Below are positions 59,901-64,000 of a DNA stretch of 64,000 nucleotides, piece after piece; the first letter of the stretch is position 1, and every line of letters starts with the position of its first letter. This DNA comes from Gemmatimonadota bacterium (lineage in GTDB: Bacteria > Gemmatimonadota > Gemmatimonadetes > Gemmatimonadales > Gemmatimonadaceae): the NCBI GenBank assembly GCA_040389905.1, contig JAZJZK010000014.1, forward strand, positions 192,001 through 256,000, written 5' to 3'. The position numbers and the translations under genes were made by a program. The notes under the pieces are model-generated. The model searched no databases. It worked only from the letters and a program-made list of their open reading frames with translations, and was not told the DNA's origin.

Positions 59901-61155
59901 AACCGTTGTTTCGCAGTCGTTCGACCTCGCTTCGCGCCAGTGAGCTCCGACGATCCATGGCAAGTGAGGCATGCGTACGATCGATCTTCCGCAGCGACTG
60001 CAGCAAGCGCGCAATCGACGCAGACGGATCATTCACGTACCGCAGCACCATGCCCACGACTTCCGTGTAGGAGCGTTGCAGGTCATCGCCCGATCGTTTG
60101 TCACGGAATAAGTCCGTAAGGTCATCGATGGCGACGGCGACATGGCTGTGAAGTTCACCCAATGCTGTTCGTCGTGCCGCAATCACCTCTCGCAGCAGAT
60201 GCTCGGCGCGATCGTAGGCGCCGACCTGGCGGAGCGCGTTCGCCAGATTTCCCATTGTGACTGCGGTATTCGGATGTGCCTCGCCGACAGTACGAATGGC
60301 GATGGCGAGGGCGTTCTCGTACAGAGGCACCGAGCGCTCGATATCGCCCGCCTTGTAGTATGCGGTAGCCAGCCCGTTCAGGGCCCGCGACAGCTGCATT
60401 GGATCGTCGCGGTGTCGAGCTACGGTGAGAAGCTCTTCGAAATACGGGGTTGCTCGCCGATGGTCGTCCTGGGCCGCGTAGAGCTCGGCGAGGAGTCGGA
60501 GTGATTCGCGAATCGTGGGGTCGGCCGGAGGAAACAAGCGGCGGCGCATGGCGAGCGCCGCCAACATGTGTGATTCGGCCGCAACGAAGTCTCCCTCTTC
60601 CTGCCGTACGCTCCCGAGGTTCAGCAGAGCGAGTGCGAGCGCGGGTGTATCATCTGCCGAGAGCTGCTGACGACGCGTGATCACCTCTTCGATCAGTGCT
60701 GCTGCAGCCCCGATGTTGCCGGCGCGGTAGTGCGCCTGTCCAAGGTCGTTCATGAAGACGAGCACGACCTCGTTGTGCTGCTCGCGCCTTTCCCTCCACA
60801 GGGCCAGAGAGCGTTCTCCCGCACCTACCGCTGCGGTGTATTCCTCGCGCGCGCGATGTATGGCGAAGAGCCTGTCCAACACGTGTCCCGCCGTAACAAC
60901 ATCGTGGCGCGCATCCGCAGTCTGCAGCGCCTCTCTGTAAAGAACGATCGCGGTGTCGATGTCTCCGGCTACTTCCATCAGTCCTGCGGCGTTGAGCAAG
61001 ACAGTACGCCTGAGGTCATCATCCAGCGACAAATGCTCGCGGCACTCTGCACAAGCGTGAAAGGCCACGTCAGCCGCTTCCGCCTTTCGGCCCTGCTGAT
61101 GGAGGGCGATCGCGATCTGATTTGCCGACGCGATAGCACGATGCAGCTGGTCCAT
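56923..61155 (-). CDS. Large TPR-repeat protein with a C-terminal CHAT (caspase-like) protease domain
   Basis: About 850 aa of TPRs (HPNTAVTMGNLA type). ALVEY, LPFAAL, ILHLASHG (His), LVVLSACETGLG (Cys), GLRRAF, WKVPD, HPQAWAGF. ATG 61155 preferred. Confidence 0.92.
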   Translation of the reverse strand: MDQLHRAIASANQIAIALHQQGRKAEAADVAFHACAECREHLSLDDDLRRTVLLNAAGLMEVAGDIDTAIVLYREALQTADARHDVVTAGHVLDRLFAIHRAREEYTAAVGAGERSLALWRERREQHNEVVLVFMNDLGQAHYRAGNIGAAAALIEEVITRRQQLSADDTPALALALLNLGSVRQEEGDFVAAESHMLAALAMRRRLFPPADPTIRESLRLLAELYAAQDDHRRATPYFEELLTVARHRDDPMQLSRALNGLATAYYKAGDIERSVPLYENALAIAIRTVGEAHPNTAVTMGNLANALRQVGAYDRAEHLLREVIAARRTALGELHSHVAVAIDDLTDLFRDKRSGDDLQRSYTEVVGMVLRYVNDPSASIARLLQSLRKIDRTHASLAMDRRSSLARSEVERLRNNGSLDLRLIARLTFHLGEYSYAATLFAEVCGREPRGTLEWSQAMTWLAGAVAQGADLVEAERVCDDYIALVHAGWEPPADHFAALLRTKSQVQELAAGARAAVETMREAVAQSARARSKGLSDSLAENQLRLSELLLSAGDRDEAAEISLDLLNEQPSVGVQTVARAQAVLGHVRWNSGHLVEAESLFRAALPPLLAVEPTARTARLLRDFGVFYASQSNAEKATALIRRAVDMAEALLGKRSLLYADVLETLAEITGAFGPVHEAPPMFVEVAGIAEETGTPQLLARALRGTGDIYVRLGASEGARLVLTQALAATARFDATALEIAIVEIDLARVEGRTKKYDVAIELIDRAIARLLGVNGSHALLLKATIAKAWILGGSQRWEEAALAAREVSIILDERFAQPFTITSTSAQDRIADALYQHLDVVVSIAIRLRSPAAIRDACEWTLRWKGATLAWNATRVRALAHSVTVELKALRRDYIDVQRAIVRQSISGPPAPQDSATAMEELRRRAEALDHEIGRHLASESNGEAARATRVSLETVREKLPIGTALVEYLRYEVIDFHRGAPGDRFHRGTLRYAAFIVRPDCEPAIIDIGDADAVDLAISRFRSAITCEADPGGIPAEGPWVDDSVAPKPTPAPMGLDAEDWVAAGNALRQMVFDPFREGIGSCTRLCIAQHGELTRLPFAALPIDDGYLIDRYELILLDTGRDLLKEAGPTIVGDAPLVMADPDFDLELEGVPKGERRRPFTPLSGTREEGVAVAAILGVAPVMGGDAVEARLRSALPPRILHLASHGFFLTDERPPKSANFVDTLTVIEIPGFGNYAAEALDKPRESDVGVDPITRLGQLQDPLLRSGIALAGVNSWASGHSLSSGDDGLLTAAEIALLDFTATDLVVLSACETGLGEVRRGEGIFGLRRAFAIAGASALVMSVWKVPDEQTRDLMIEFYRRVSAGEACAQALSSAQRYVRAITPHPQAWAGFLCIGTTPLDVS

Positions 61156-61516
61156 TGGGAGATGTCCCTTCGATCTTGTTCGCGAGCGCAAAACCTCAGC
61201 GAGCTTCAGTCGCCCCGGAGCGGCGAGACGGACATTCGTCGGTCAGGCAACGCCGGTGTGATGTGCCGCCAAGTTCTTGATTCCAATCCATTGCTGCAAG
61301 GGATTCGCTTCAAGCCGCCACAGCTGACCAGGCATCGCGGTTCTCTTGCCGAACTAGCTCGAGCAAGGAGGCTCGCAGGGAGAGCCCAGCGAGCCCCGGA
61401 TGTCATCACCTGCGTTGCTACCGGATCATACTCCCGCACCCTCGTCAAGAGCGGCAAACTGGTCCTCGGAGCGAGCCAGCCTGAAATGCCACTAGTCGAG
61501 CTACAAGCTGTAGCGA

Positions 61517-61840
61517 CTACCAGCCGTTCTTGATTCTACGCGCCAAGCGTTGGAGCCTCCGCGGATCTTTTGCGCATTCCCAAACCACCAAAACGCGCCA
61601 CCCAGCAGCTGACAGCCCGCGCTGCTGTCGGAGATCCCTTTCCTTGTTCTTCAGCAGTTTTGCCTGCCACCAATCGAAGGAGATGTCGCGTACTTGCAGT
61701 CGGGATGACGATGCCAGAAGCAACCATGAACAAACAGCGCCGTTCGAAGGCGGGGGAAGACGAGGTCGGGCTTCCCTGACAAGTCCCGACGATGAAGACG
61801 AAATCGCAGCCCAGCCTTGTGCAAAGCACTGCGGCATAAT
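61517..61840 (-). pseudogene. vsr: Very-short-patch repair endonuclease remnant
   Basis: RSALHKAGLRFRLH..DL.GKPDLVFP…FVHGCFWHRH..CK in one frame, and WWQAKL.KN.ERD…GWRVLVVWEC in another. The N-terminus is missing. Confidence 0.85.
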
Positions 61841-61956
61841 GTGTGACTTGGAAAGGTCTGATGCCGCGCTCGAGCGAGGGCGGCTCTCGATGCTCGCTCA
61901 ACCTCCAAAACAGGAAGCCACCTTCTTACCGCGCGTGAAGCAGGAACCCTGTCACC

Positions 61957-61993
61957 AAACAAAAAAGCCCACCCATCAATCGATGTGCGAGCT
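61957..61993 (-). terminator. Intrinsic terminator downstream of tRNA-Gly
   Basis: The minus strand reads AGCTCGC-A-CATC-GATT-GATG-G-GTGGGCT followed by TTTTTGTTT. Confidence 0.55.
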
Positions 61994-62106
61994 GATTCCT
62001 TCGAAAACGAGGCCAGGGGATGCTGTGTGGATGCGACACTCAGATCTAACCCGCTGCAACCGAAGCAAAAGCATCATAACTCATTCCGACACAATTACTT
62101 ACAAAG

Positions 62107-62179
<73 letters not shown>

Positions 62180-62235
62180 GTCCCTTCAAGCTAGCGCACC
62201 GCGAACCGCCAATCAACGAGCCGCGCGGACCAAAC

Positions 62236-64000
62236 TCAAATCGGCGGCCGCTCTCCAATCACCAGCGCGTGCCCGAGCCCGGCGAAATTCGTCGCGGCGC
62301 TTCCGTACTCGCCCGCTTTGGCCGTCACCGGGTTGTCCTTTGTCTCGATCGTGAAGAGCGTGAACTGCCCCGGCGCGCCGATGTGCGCCGCCGTCGAGTT
62401 GCCGCCCCCGAGAAAGCCGAAATAGTCATTTGCGCCGAGTAGCGAGATAAGCGCCTTCACCGACGGGATGTTGGCCGGCACGCGCGCGCCTGGATTCGGT
62501 ACGCCAGCGGACATCATGAGGTCCAGAAGCCGCGCCGGATCCGCGTACTGGAACCCCGCAAACATGCCGCCTGGTGCCAACTGCGCCTGCATTTGATCAC
62601 GTGTCAGCTGCAGGCCTACGGTCCAGTTCAACCAGTAGAGCCTCGAGCGGGGGTCGTAGGTCAGCAGCGAGTCGCCCTCCGTCTTCCAGTCGACCTTCTG
62701 CAACGTGGTGCTGCCAACCCTTACAATCGACACCGGCGCGCTCATCTCGCCGAGATTCTTTCCTGACCGCGCTCGCACCACCAGTTGATAAGTTGCACTC
62801 GGAGACAGCCGGTCCGTCGGAAGCTTGGCGGACGTTGCTGACGTAAACGTCGGCGTGGGCTGCACAGGCAACGGTGTCCCATCTCCACTCCGCAGACTGA
62901 TCACGTAGCCCTCGGCGCGTGGCACCGGTTGCCACGTCACCGTGAGTGCGCTGCCGAGGTCTACCACCTTGACACTTGTAGGCGCGGGGAGAAGCATGAT
63001 GACAAGACGTTCGACCCGGTCGGGCCCGCGAAGCATGCCCGGCGAGGTCTGATTACGTACGATCTCCTCGGCACTCAGCAAATCGTCCTCGCCGACCGGG
63101 GCAGCGTTGGCGGCGGACGACCCCTCCCAGCGAAAGTTCACCAATAAGCACCCAACGACAGCTTGTCCCTCCGTGAAGGTGTTCTTGAAGCGTGCTCGAG
63201 GAACGTCACCAGGCCGCACGTCAGCCGGGTACACCCTGACGGAACTTGCGGCTGACGGCGGTACCACGTTGCCCTTGTCATCACCAAGGACGAAGAGGTA
63301 GTTGGCCGCGGTCGGCGCGACTTCGCATTCGACGACGACCGAGGGCGCGTCATATATCACCGACGTCACGCGCGGCTCGGGCGGTATCGTCTTGGTGACG
63401 GTAACGGGGGGAAGCACGATCCAGTCGAAGGTCAGGACGCCGGCGATGACAACACGAATGCCCGCCACATACGTCGAGCCGACGGGCAGGCGATTCTTGA
63501 ACCAGACGCGCCGCCCACGCGTATCCAAGATCTCTGCAGGCGCGGCGGCACCAGCTGAATCCAGGAGGCGATACTCGTGCGACACGCGATCGTCGTGCTT
63601 CCAATACAGGTAGAGTCCGTACACATCCTCCTCAAAACGGAGCGGGGCCGGCGAGTACGAGGCGAGTGAAAGTTTCGCGTCCTTCACGTCAGGACTCCAC
63701 GCACTCCGTCGTTCGTCGGCAACCGCGCGGACTCGGAAGTGCAGGACATCGTCGAAGCGCCCTTGAACGCCGGTGAAATACGCGCGTGGATTCCCCCCCT
63801 CACCCGCCGACGGCACGACAATCCGAACCGTCGGCGGCGCTGCGAATGGGTGTGGACTTGATTGCAGCTCGACCTCGTACCGCTGCGCGCCCGGCACGGC
63901 AATCCATTCGGCGATGATCGCCGTCTTGTCGACCGTCAGCTTCTCGGGAACCGGCGTCGGAAGGATCGTTCCGTGCACGAGATCTTCCAACGCCACGACC
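62236..64000 (-). CDS. Fibronectin type III repeat protein, 5'-truncated by the window edge
   Basis: P..L.V…W..VPGA..Y…FRVRAV…S.WS and PAPTSV.V…TVTWQPVP.AEGY…TYQLVVRA, plus a distinct C-terminal domain. Confidence 0.75.
   Translation of the reverse strand, partial: VVALEDLVHGTILPTPVPEKLTVDKTAIIAEWIAVPGAQRYEVELQSSPHPFAAPPTVRIVVPSAGEGGNPRAYFTGVQGRFDDVLHFRVRAVADERRSAWSPDVKDAKLSLASYSPAPLRFEEDVYGLYLYWKHDDRVSHEYRLLDSAGAAAPAEILDTRGRRVWFKNRLPVGSTYVAGIRVVIAGVLTFDWIVLPPVTVTKTIPPEPRVTSVIYDAPSVVVECEVAPTAANYLFVLGDDKGNVVPPSAASSVRVYPADVRPGDVPRARFKNTFTEGQAVVGCLLVNFRWEGSSAANAAPVGEDDLLSAEEIVRNQTSPGMLRGPDRVERLVIMLLPAPTSVKVVDLGSALTVTWQPVPRAEGYVISLRSGDGTPLPVQPTPTFTSATSAKLPTDRLSPSATYQLVVRARSGKNLGEMSAPVSIVRVGSTTLQKVDWKTEGDSLLTYDPRSRLYWLNWTVGLQLTRDQMQAQLAPGGMFAGFQYADPARLLDLMMSAGVPNPGARVPANIPSVKALISLLGANDYFGFLGGGNSTAAHIGAPGQFTLFTIETKDNPVTAKAGEYGSAATNFAGLGHALVIGERPPI

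Noticed and set aside
55574..62106. Intact prophage or integrative element
   Set aside because: No integrase, no phage genes and no duplicated tRNA 3' end seen in the window.

Overview
GC-rich bacterial DNA whose gene style suggests Gemmatimonadota (an inference, from the BTAD-kinase fusion, many lipoproteins and the ECF/FecR/TonB module). Most of the window is accessory catabolic and regulatory genes: GH89, GH2, GH3, GH97, sulfatase, PQQ dehydrogenase, an ApbE-DUF2271-PepSY flavinylation operon, a protein O-mannosyltransferase, a hybrid sensor kinase and a decaying chrB/chrA cluster. The right end is an island-like segment next to tRNA-Gly(CCC) carrying a YhaV-type toxin-antitoxin pair, a TPR-CHAT protease and a vsr remnant. 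The best candidate for an undescribed system is at 10.5-13.5 kb. It comprises a DNA-binding-domain-less TPR protein, a convergent 65-aa lipoprotein ending in a Cys-x10-Cys loop, a divergent AraC regulator and a receiver-like ORF. A shared CGTCAY-N5-GGGG motif recurs in all three upstream intergenic regions, an arrangement resembling a peptide-signalling circuit. Several intergenic gaps hold long fold-back or REP-like elements. All calls come from reading the sequence and ORF track; no searches were run.
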